Assembly: GCA_965222605.1 (NCBI GenBank)
Contig: OZ244960.1
Span: 2,912,001 to 2,976,000 of the forward strand
DNA from: Candidatus Latescibacterota bacterium
Lineage (GTDB): Bacteria > Latescibacterota > UBA2968
Direction: 5' to 3'
DNA: 64,000 nt
Position 1 is the first letter of the stretch, and every line of letters starts with the position of its first letter. Shown here in pieces: positions 38,313 through 46,381 of this stretch. Below the pieces are notes generated by a model, which was not told where the DNA came from, did no database searches, and saw only the letters and a list, made by a program, of their open reading frames with translations. The translations under genes were made by a program, and so were the position numbers.

Positions 38313-41300
38313 ATGAATTCAACCCCCTACACCGAAGACACCCTCGTTCAACAGACCACAGCCGAGTTCCTCGAACAACAACTCGGCTGGGAATCCGTCT
38401 ATGCCTACAACAGCGAGGACTTCGGACCAGATAGCCTGCTCGGTCGCACCTCTGACCGCGAAGTAGTGCTCACGCGCTATCTACTCACCGCGCTACGAAC
38501 TCTGAACCCCGGCCTGCCCGAAGACGCCTACAACGACGCGATCCGGCAAATTACATCCACCACCGCTTCGCAAAGCATCGTCGCCACCAACCGCGAAAAG
38601 TACGACCTCATCCGCGACGGCGTACCTGTCACATTCCACAACGCCAATGGTAAGCGAGAGAGGAAACACCTCCGAGTCTTTGATTTTAAAACACCTGAAA
38701 ACAACCACTTCCTCTGCGTGCGCGAATTGCGAATAAAGGGCGACCTCTACCGCAAACGGGCAGACATCATCGGCTTCGTCAACGGCCTGCCCCTCCTCTT
38801 CATCGAATGCAAAAACATCCACCGAGACCTCAAAGCCGCCTACAACGACAACTACTCGGACTATCGCTATACCATCCCCCACATCTTCCACCACAACGCC
38901 ATCGTCATGTTTGGCAACGGCGAAAAAGCAAAACTCGGCTCCATCACCAGCGAGTGGGATCACTTCCACGAATGGAAACGCCTATCCGAAGAAGAACCCG
39001 GCGTCGTCGATATGGAAACCCTCCTCAAGGGCGTCTGCAACAAACGCGACTTCATGGACATCATAGAAAACTTCATCCTCTTCGATGACACATCGGGCGA
39101 AACAAAGAAAATCCTCGCACGCAACCACCAGTTCCTCGGCGTAAACCGCGCAATTGAAGCCGTGCGCGACCACAAAGCACGCCAGGGCAAACTGGGCGTC
39201 TTCTGGCACACACAGGGCGCCGGTAAAAGCTACTCAATGGTACTCTTCACCCGCAAAGTACACCGCAAACTCGGCGGCAACTTCACCTTCCTCATCCTGA
39301 CCGACCGCACGGACCTGGACACGCAAATCTACAAAACCTTCGCCGGTTGCGGCGTCGTAGATCACGACCGAGACCCCTGCCGCCCAGCAGACGGGCCACA
39401 CCTGAACCAGCTATTGACCGAACACAAATCGCACATCTTCTCCCTCATCCAGAAATTCAACCAGGACATAGACACCAACAAAGGCTACACCCAGCGCGAC
39501 GACATCATCGTCATCACCGACGAAGCGCACCGCACACAATACGGCGAGTTAGCAGCCAACATGCGCGCCGCCCTGCCCAACGCAGCCTACATGGGCTTCA
39601 CCGGCACACCGCTATTCAAAGACGACGAAATCACGCGCCGCGTCTTCGGCGAATACGTCTCCACCTACGACTTCCAGCGGGCAGTAGAAGACAATGCCAC
39701 GCTACCCCTCTACTACGACGCGCGCGGCGACAAACTCGGCGTAGCTGTCGATAATTTGAACGAACGCATCGCCGAAAAATTGGAAGAATCCGAAATTAGC
39801 GACATCAACGAAGAACAACTCCTCGAGCGAGAACTCAAACGCGCCTACCACATTATCACCGCGGGCAAACGCCTCGACCAACTGGCGCGGGACTTCACGC
39901 GACACTACTCGGCCGCATGGGAAACCGGCAAAGCCATGCTGGTCTGCATTGACAAAATAACCTGCGTGCGAATGCACAGATTGATTGAGTTCTACTGGCA
40001 GGAACACATCGGGAAACTGGAAACCAGGCTATCGCAGACAACGGACGAAGAGGAAAGAACAGACCTGCAGCGGAAGATCAACTGGATGTGCGAGACCCGC
40101 GTAGCAGTGGTAATCAGCGAAGAACAGGGCGAAATCGAAAAATTCAACAAATGGGACCTGGACATCATCCCGCACCGCAAACTCATCAAAGAAGGCATAG
40201 ACTTGCCAGAAACCATGAGAGACAAACCGCAGTACCGCAACATGCAACGCATGGAACTGGACGAAGCCTTCAAAGCCGAGGAACACCCATTCCGCATCGC
40301 CATCGTCTGCGCCATGTGGCTAACGGGTTTCGATGTCCCGTGCCTTTCAACACTCTACCTCGACAAACCACTCAGAGCACACACCCTGATGCAGGCCATT
40401 GCCCGCGCCAACCGCGTGAAAGAAAACAAAAACAACGGCCTGATCGTAGATTACTGCGGCGTCCTCGTACACCTGCGCCAGGCACTCGCGACCTTCGCCG
40501 GCACGCGACCAGACGGAGATAGCGAAAACATCGACCCCGCAAGACCCGACGAAGAACTGCTGGCCGACCTCGCCGAAGCCATCGCCCTGGTGCGGAATTT
40601 CCTCAATAAGCGCAACACACCACTGGACGACATCACCAAAAAAACGAGCTTCCAGCGCAACGCAGCTATCATAGCCTGCAAAGAAGCCGCCAACGAAAAC
40701 GACGAAACCCGCAAACGCTTCGAGGTCATGTGCCGCGAAGTATTCAAAAAATTCAAAGCATGCGTCAACGTGAAAAACATCAACACGTATCGCGAAGACC
40801 GCAACGCCATTGACATCGTGTACAAAAGCCTCCAGCAAGACCGCAACCAGGCCGACATCTCAGAAATCATAAGGGAATTACAGCGGGTAGTAGATGCGGC
40901 CATTGAGCCGACAGCCAGTAATGTGGCTGAAAACCCGCATCCTGATGAAGATCGGCGTCCTTACGACATCAGCCAGATAGACTTCGACCATCTGAAGCGA
41001 GAATTCGCGCGCGTCAAAGAAAAAAACACCACCGTTCAGAACCTCAGACAAGCTGTAGAACAAAAATTGCAACGCCTCCTGAAGCAAAATCCATTACGCA
41101 CGGACTTTCAGCACTACTACGAAGAAATCGTCGCAGCGTACAACCGCGAAAAGGACCAGATAACAATAGAGCGAACCTTTGAGGCATTGCTCAAACTGGT
41201 GCAGGAATTGGATGAAGAAGAAAACCGAGCAATTCGTGAAGGACTTGACGAAGAATCCCTCGCAATCTTCGATCTGTTAAAAAAACCCAACCTGAGCGCG

Positions 41301-41567
41301 AGCGAAATCGCACAAATCAAGAAGATAGCGAAAGATCTGCTAAAAAAACTGAAAGTTAGTAAACTGGGTGTCCACCAATGGCGCGAAAAAGAAGCGACCC
41401 GGGACGCCGTGTGGTCTTCCATTAATGACTTTCTCTACAACGACCAAACCGGCCTGCCTGAAAGATACACACTTGAGGACATAGAAACAAAAACCGAAGC
41501 CGTCTTCCACCACATCTTCCGGGCCTACCCCAAATTGCCATCGCCATATTACGAAAGTGCGGCTTGA
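38313..41567 (+). CDS. hsdR: Type I RM restriction subunit
   Basis: DIIGFVNGLPLLFIECK, WHTQGAGKS, DEAHRTQYG, GFTGTP, MWLTGFD, QAIARANR. Confidence 0.96.
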   Translation: MNSTPYTEDTLVQQTTAEFLEQQLGWESVYAYNSEDFGPDSLLGRTSDREVVLTRYLLTALRTLNPGLPEDAYNDAIRQITSTTASQSIVATNREKYDLIRDGVPVTFHNANGKRERKHLRVFDFKTPENNHFLCVRELRIKGDLYRKRADIIGFVNGLPLLFIECKNIHRDLKAAYNDNYSDYRYTIPHIFHHNAIVMFGNGEKAKLGSITSEWDHFHEWKRLSEEEPGVVDMETLLKGVCNKRDFMDIIENFILFDDTSGETKKILARNHQFLGVNRAIEAVRDHKARQGKLGVFWHTQGAGKSYSMVLFTRKVHRKLGGNFTFLILTDRTDLDTQIYKTFAGCGVVDHDRDPCRPADGPHLNQLLTEHKSHIFSLIQKFNQDIDTNKGYTQRDDIIVITDEAHRTQYGELAANMRAALPNAAYMGFTGTPLFKDDEITRRVFGEYVSTYDFQRAVEDNATLPLYYDARGDKLGVAVDNLNERIAEKLEESEISDINEEQLLERELKRAYHIITAGKRLDQLARDFTRHYSAAWETGKAMLVCIDKITCVRMHRLIEFYWQEHIGKLETRLSQTTDEEERTDLQRKINWMCETRVAVVISEEQGEIEKFNKWDLDIIPHRKLIKEGIDLPETMRDKPQYRNMQRMELDEAFKAEEHPFRIAIVCAMWLTGFDVPCLSTLYLDKPLRAHTLMQAIARANRVKENKNNGLIVDYCGVLVHLRQALATFAGTRPDGDSENIDPARPDEELLADLAEAIALVRNFLNKRNTPLDDITKKTSFQRNAAIIACKEAANENDETRKRFEVMCREVFKKFKACVNVKNINTYREDRNAIDIVYKSLQQDRNQADISEIIRELQRVVDAAIEPTASNVAENPHPDEDRRPYDISQIDFDHLKREFARVKEKNTTVQNLRQAVEQKLQRLLKQNPLRTDFQHYYEEIVAAYNREKDQITIERTFEALLKLVQELDEEENRAIREGLDEESLAIFDLLKKPNLSASEIAQIKKIAKDLLKKLKVSKLGVHQWREKEATRDAVWSSINDFLYNDQTGLPERYTLEDIETKTEAVFHHIFRAYPKLPSPYYESAA

Positions 41568-41644
41568 AGTCTGCCCATATAGATATGCAGGGGTAGCGCG
41601 ATTTCGCATGATTCGCTACATTTGTCCATAAAGAGGCAACAACC

Positions 41645-41881
41645 ATGAAATTGATTGAGAAAGAAATCGTCATCGCCGAAGACGGCAAACTTCCTACAGA
41701 CTTTCGCGAAGCATTTGGTCGAAAGGCGCGTGTTGCCGTTTACCTGCAGGAAGAGGAACAAGAAAAAACAAAAGGTGCAGATATTCTGTCAGATCTGGAT
41801 GGTAAGATTCGGGCGTTTCGAGACATTGATGACCCGGTGGCATTTCAACGAAATCTTCGGGCTGAATGGGAACCGAGTTGA
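41645..41881 (+). CDS. Putative antitoxin, followed by a 5-aa stub MNTEN (41887-41904)
   Basis: 'DDPVAFQRNLRAEWE' tail typical of VapC partners; the homologous copy at 27251 continues into a PIN-like IDTN. Confidence 0.6.
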   Translation: MKLIEKEIVIAEDGKLPTDFREAFGRKARVAVYLQEEEQEKTKGADILSDLDGKIRAFRDIDDPVAFQRNLRAEWEPS

Positions 41882-41910
41882 GAGAAATGAACACTGAAAA
41901 TTAGAGCTTG

Positions 41911-41946
41911 CCGACCAAGTAACCGACCAAGTAACCGACCAGGTAG
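41911..41946 (+). repeat. 3 x 12-bp CCGACCAAGTAA
   Basis: Read directly; TDQV-type linker remnant at the island's right edge. Confidence 0.8.
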
Positions 41947-41971
41947 CACCCACCTTTCACACAACTCACCC

Positions 41972-43270
41972 ATGCCCAAAACTTCCAACCGAAAAACCAT
42001 TATCTCGTGGATGATGTATGACTTTGCAAACTCGTCTTTTGCCAACAACGTCACCACATTTATCTACGCGGCGTTTTTCACCAAAGTCATCGCTGAAAAT
42101 GAAATTGTGGGCACGACCTTATGGTCTCGCGGCGTCGGCATCATTATGCTCATCGTCGCACTGTTATCGCCACCCCTCGGCGCGTTGGCGGACCAGGGCG
42201 GATATCGCAAACGCTTTTTAATGTTTGCAACACTCCTCGCGGTCATCTTCACCGCACTGCTCTATTTCCCGCAACAAGGGCAAGTCACCTTTGCAATAGC
42301 CATATACATTATCGCCTGCATCTGCTTTGAAATGGGCACGGTATTTTACAATGCCTTCCTGCCCGACATTGCCCCACCCGAGCGCATCGGTCGCATATCG
42401 GGACAAGCATGGGGCGTGGGTTATTTTGGGGGCCTGCTCTCAATGGCCGTCCTCATGGTCGGTTTTATATCCGCAGAAACCCCGTGGTTTGGCCTATCCA
42501 AAGAAACCCACGAACACATCCGGGCGACAAATATCGGCGTTGCAATCTGGTTTGCGATCTTCAGCCTCCCTGCCTTCTTCTATTTACCCGAACCGCCTGC
42601 GCGACAAACCGGCGGCAAACCAGGCCTAATCGCATCCTACCGACGCATCCTGCAAACCTTCCGCGAACTCCAGCGCTACCGCGAAATCTTCAAACTACTG
42701 CTCGCACGCCTCGTCTATAACGACGGCCTGGTCACGGTCTTTGCTTTTGGCGGTATTTATGCGTCAGGCACATTTGGATTCACATTTGAAGAAGTCCTGT
42801 TCTTTGGCATCATCGTCAACATCGCAGCCGGCATCGGCGCATGGTGTTTTGGCTACCTGGACGACCGCCTGGGCGGCAAACTCACCATCCAAATCACCCT
42901 CATCGGATTCGTCATCGCAGCTACCATTGCCGTCGTACCTCAGGAAAAAATCTGGTTCTGGATCGCGGGCATTCTCGTCGGCCTATTTGCCGGACCGAAC
43001 CAATCGGCCAGCCGCTCACTCATGGGGCGTTTTGTCCCCCAAAACAAAGAAACCGAATTTTACGGCTTCTACGCCTTCTCGGGAAAAGCCACCGCATTTC
43101 TCGGTCCCCTCCTCATGGGCGTCCTCACACAAGCCTTCCAATCTCAGCGCATCGGCATGGCAACCGTGGGCCTGTTCTTCATAGTGGGCGGCCTCCTCTT
43201 GCGCACCGTTGACGAACAAAAGGGCATCCGCATGGGGCGTGAAAAAACGCCATCGGAGACAGACCCCTAA
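41972..43270 (+). CDS. MFS transporter (UMF1/Atg22-like)
   Basis: SWMMYDFANS, FYNAFLPDI, GPNQSASRS, FYGFYAFSGK; about 12 TM segments. Confidence 0.9.
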   Translation: MPKTSNRKTIISWMMYDFANSSFANNVTTFIYAAFFTKVIAENEIVGTTLWSRGVGIIMLIVALLSPPLGALADQGGYRKRFLMFATLLAVIFTALLYFPQQGQVTFAIAIYIIACICFEMGTVFYNAFLPDIAPPERIGRISGQAWGVGYFGGLLSMAVLMVGFISAETPWFGLSKETHEHIRATNIGVAIWFAIFSLPAFFYLPEPPARQTGGKPGLIASYRRILQTFRELQRYREIFKLLLARLVYNDGLVTVFAFGGIYASGTFGFTFEEVLFFGIIVNIAAGIGAWCFGYLDDRLGGKLTIQITLIGFVIAATIAVVPQEKIWFWIAGILVGLFAGPNQSASRSLMGRFVPQNKETEFYGFYAFSGKATAFLGPLLMGVLTQAFQSQRIGMATVGLFFIVGGLLLRTVDEQKGIRMGREKTPSETDP

Positions 43271-43326
43271 CGCAAAATCTCGCCCCAGCACCTCTTCAAA
43301 CCTGAATGCTGAAATAGAGATTGCCC

Positions 43327-43369
43327 TTGACAATTATTTGTCTTATTGTCATATTATACTATGACAATA
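43327..43369 (+). promoter_or_regulatory. Promoter with palindromic operator (probable GntR autoregulation)
   Basis: TTGACA at 43327; perfect IR TATTGTCATA-6 bp-TATGACAATA (43344-43369) over the -10 region. Confidence 0.65.
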
Positions 43370-43454
43370 GTAAAACATGGATCATATGACTCATTGAAGA
43401 GATCGAAAGACTGATAGCTGGATAAAAACCAATTCCACAGGAGAACAGCTCAAG

Positions 43455-43832
43455 ATGCATTTTGCGTTAGACCCCAAAAGTGGTATCCCTTTCTATCGCC
43501 AGATCATTGACCAGATTCGTTATGGCATTGCTGCTGGCAAATTGAAAGTAGGAGATCAATTGCCCACTGTTCGAGCTTTGGCCGTAGAACTTAAGGTCAA
43601 TCTCAATACCATCAGCAAAGCCTATAGGGAACTGGAAATTAAAAACATTCTGGAAACACAGCAGGGTTCCGGAACATTTATCGCTCCGGTAAAAGTAGAT
43701 ATTTCCGACGATGAAAAGGAAAAAAAGCTAACTGGTATATGCAATGAATTCCAGAGCATTGCCGCGATCTACGGATTCAATCTTGAAGACTTAATCAAAG
43801 AACTACAACAACGACATCGACGTGCTCCCTAG
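43455..43832 (+). CDS. GntR (YtrA subfamily) regulator, C-terminus altered by the insertion
   Basis: PFYRQII, LPTVRALA, NLNTISKAYRELE, QGSGTF. Confidence 0.92.
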   Translation: MHFALDPKSGIPFYRQIIDQIRYGIAAGKLKVGDQLPTVRALAVELKVNLNTISKAYRELEIKNILETQQGSGTFIAPVKVDISDDEKEKKLTGICNEFQSIAAIYGFNLEDLIKELQQRHRRAP

Positions 43833-45291
43833 ACTGAAGTCAAGGGATTCCGGGGGTCACCCTTTATCAGGCGGCCTCCCGAGAACTTGCAGCTTCGTGG
43901 ACCGTATGGTGATCAAACACCAAGACCACGGGGCGCGCCGAACGCCCACTACTGGGAACCCCAGATACCTGCCGATGGATATTAAAAGCACCTACCAGGT
44001 CTGCTTGGCCTTCAAAGCCGCAACGACAGGAGTACCAACCCCGATGCTTGCGATTGGATTTCTTTCTTATACCACAGTGCGGGCAAGTCTGCGAGGTATA
44101 TTTTTCCGAGACGACTTTAACCTTTATGCCAAGCAGCGCGGCCTTGTATTCAATCATTGCCCTGAGCCTGTCATATGGCCAGACGTGCAGGCGTTGATTC
44201 ATCCTTTTGCCATAGGCGATGTGCTCTCGGATGCCGGTCAGGTCTCCCAAGATGATGGTGCCTACACCCTTATTGGCACACACATCCACAAACCGTCTGC
44301 TGGCCATATGGAGAGCATGTGTGATTTGTCGGGATTCTTTTCGGGCGATCTGGCGATAGCGTCTCGACATCACAGGATGGTCCTGGCTGGGCGGTTTGAC
44401 CTTTGCTCTGACCTTCTGCCAGTATCGACGTGTGGCCTTGAGCAGGCGTCCACAGACCAGATACCGAGAGCCATCACAGAAATCTGCTGCGATGAGCCAG
44501 TCTTCACCTATATCTACACCAACAGTGGCCTCTCCGGATTTATTAGGAACATCCACTTCGACCACCAGACGGGCTTGGAAATCCCGTGTGTGCGTATCGT
44601 AGATGATCTGGACGTTCTTCAACTGGGAAAGGTCAACATCTGGGCGGGTGTGGAGGCGAAAGACGAGATGGCGTACACTGTCCTGCCGAGTGGTGCCAAG
44701 CGAGATGCGAAGAAAGGTCATCCCACGCTTGTGGATTACCTTGATGGAGCCATTGTTGGGATGGGAATAGCGCAGCGGAGAGAGTCGTGTCTTCTTCCTG
44801 AATCCTGGAGGCCGTGCCTTCTTATCGCGCTTGCGCTTTTGAAAGAACGACCCAAAAGCCCATCCCACCTCTTGGCGCGTGGTATCTACCACATCGGAAT
44901 ACAATTCCTTGTGGCGTGGCAACTGGCGTGCAATGCGGTTGAGATGGCTGACCGAATAACAGGCTTTTCCCTGTTGCTCGTATTCTTGACGCAGATGAAA
45001 GATCAAGCCATTATAGACTTTGGTAGCAGACAGCATTGCGTCACGAAGGATGGCAAAGCGTTCAGGTGCGCCACGAAGATGGGCTTTTATTGTCAGGTAT
45101 GGCATTTAAGACTGACCCTTCTCAATGCGGATTTATAGATACAACCTCTTGTTTTTATTAACTTAATCATACTATAATATACTTGCAAATGGTATGGATG
45201 TCAACATCTACATGCAACATAACATTCACTCACGTCGCATTATTGGCATTGTGCTTCGCGTGCCTCCCCGTCTAAATTCGGGGGTCTCCTG
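43818..45291 (-). mobile_element. tnpB-only IS200/IS605 (IS1341-type) element
   Basis: Subterminal hairpins at 43826-47 and 45266-83; removal restores gntR ...QQRHFLGADHEH* overlapping the SPFH start; CGACAT flanks both sides. Confidence 0.85.
43867..45105 (-). CDS. tnpB: RNA-guided endonuclease TnpB
   Basis: PPGFRK, VGVDIG, ILGDL, SEKYTSQTCPHCG, CRCG, ADLVGAFNI. Confidence 0.93.
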   Translation of the reverse strand: MPYLTIKAHLRGAPERFAILRDAMLSATKVYNGLIFHLRQEYEQQGKACYSVSHLNRIARQLPRHKELYSDVVDTTRQEVGWAFGSFFQKRKRDKKARPPGFRKKTRLSPLRYSHPNNGSIKVIHKRGMTFLRISLGTTRQDSVRHLVFRLHTRPDVDLSQLKNVQIIYDTHTRDFQARLVVEVDVPNKSGEATVGVDIGEDWLIAADFCDGSRYLVCGRLLKATRRYWQKVRAKVKPPSQDHPVMSRRYRQIARKESRQITHALHMASRRFVDVCANKGVGTIILGDLTGIREHIAYGKRMNQRLHVWPYDRLRAMIEYKAALLGIKVKVVSEKYTSQTCPHCGIRKKSNRKHRGWYSCRCGFEGQADLVGAFNIHRQVSGVPSSGRSARPVVLVFDHHTVHEAASSREAA

Positions 45292-45313
45292 CGACATTTT
45301 TTAGGAGCAGATC

Positions 45314-46225
45314 ATGAACACTAAAATTCCTCCGAACAAGCATGTCAATCTCGTCTCGATCTTCATTTTCGTCGTCCTCACGTTGGCAAACGCGATCCTG
45401 CTCTATTCGGAACTGATTTCTTTAAACATTGCCCTGACCGGACTGGCTGCTGCGCTGTTCATTGCCGCCACATTGAAAATCTCTGATCAGTGGGAAAAAG
45501 CCGTGGTCTTGCGTATGGGAAAATTTATTGGGTTAAAAGGTCCGGGTTGGTTTCTCATTATTCCCGTCATCGACCGAGTCGATAAATATATCGACCAACG
45601 AGTCCGGGTTACTGACTTTAGAGCCGAATCTACACTGACAAAAGACACGGTGCCGGTCAATGTCGATGCCGTCGTCTATTGGACCGTTTGGGATGCTGAA
45701 AAAGCCGCCCTCGAAGTTCAAGAATATGAATACGCCGTTTCACTCGTCGCCCAGACGGGTCTGCGTGACATCATCGGCAAACACGAATTGGCAGATCTCC
45801 TGCAGAATCGAGAAAAAATCGCCGAGGCCCTGCAACAGACCCTCGACGAAACGACCAGTTCCTGGGGCATTACCTGTCAGAGTGTAGGCATCAAAGACAT
45901 TGTTATACCAACCGCCCTTGCAGATGCCATGAGTAAGCAAGCCCAGGCAGAAAGAGAACGTCAGGCCCGGATCATCCTGGGCACAGCCGAAACCGAAATC
46001 TCAGAAAAATTCTCCCAGGCCAGCAAAAACTATCAAAATAACCCCGTTGCCCTTCAACTGCGCGGTATGAACATGCTCTTTGAAGGGCTAAAGGAAAAAG
46101 GTTCTCTGATAATCGTGCCGAGTTCTGCCCTGGAATCGATGAACCTGGGAGCTATTGGTGGACTGACTGCCCTTGCTGAGAACAACACAAACCAAACACC
46201 CAGCCCGACTGAAAAGACGGCGTGA
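45314..46225 (+). CDS. SPFH/stomatin (slipin) family protein
   Basis: EKAVVLRMG, TLTKDTVPVNVDAVVY, AQTGLRDIIG, QAQAERERQA. Confidence 0.93.
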   Translation: MNTKIPPNKHVNLVSIFIFVVLTLANAILLYSELISLNIALTGLAAALFIAATLKISDQWEKAVVLRMGKFIGLKGPGWFLIIPVIDRVDKYIDQRVRVTDFRAESTLTKDTVPVNVDAVVYWTVWDAEKAALEVQEYEYAVSLVAQTGLRDIIGKHELADLLQNREKIAEALQQTLDETTSSWGITCQSVGIKDIVIPTALADAMSKQAQAERERQARIILGTAETEISEKFSQASKNYQNNPVALQLRGMNMLFEGLKEKGSLIIVPSSALESMNLGAIGGLTALAENNTNQTPSPTEKTA

Positions 46226-46381
46226 GAGTCTCGAATTAATCATAGACACAAAAAAACCGGCTCAAATGAGCGGCTTTTTTTACAAAGTCGGATGTGACGC
46301 GGGCATTGCCGTATTTTTTGTTGTTAAAGGGGATGCGGCGGCCCTTAAATTCGCCAGCGATGATGCGCATAAGAGAGTGTT

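Noticed and set aside
9910-41970. Integrative element or prophage
   Set aside because: No integrase, tRNA target, att repeats or phage structural genes found
43867-45105. Catalytically dead TnpB (TldR-like) or Cas12
   Set aside because: The missing Glu appears compensated by the downstream Glu, transposon ends are present and there is no CRISPR array
43822-45138. 438-aa plus-strand ORF
   Set aside because: Antisense shadow of tnpB with no recognisable motifs
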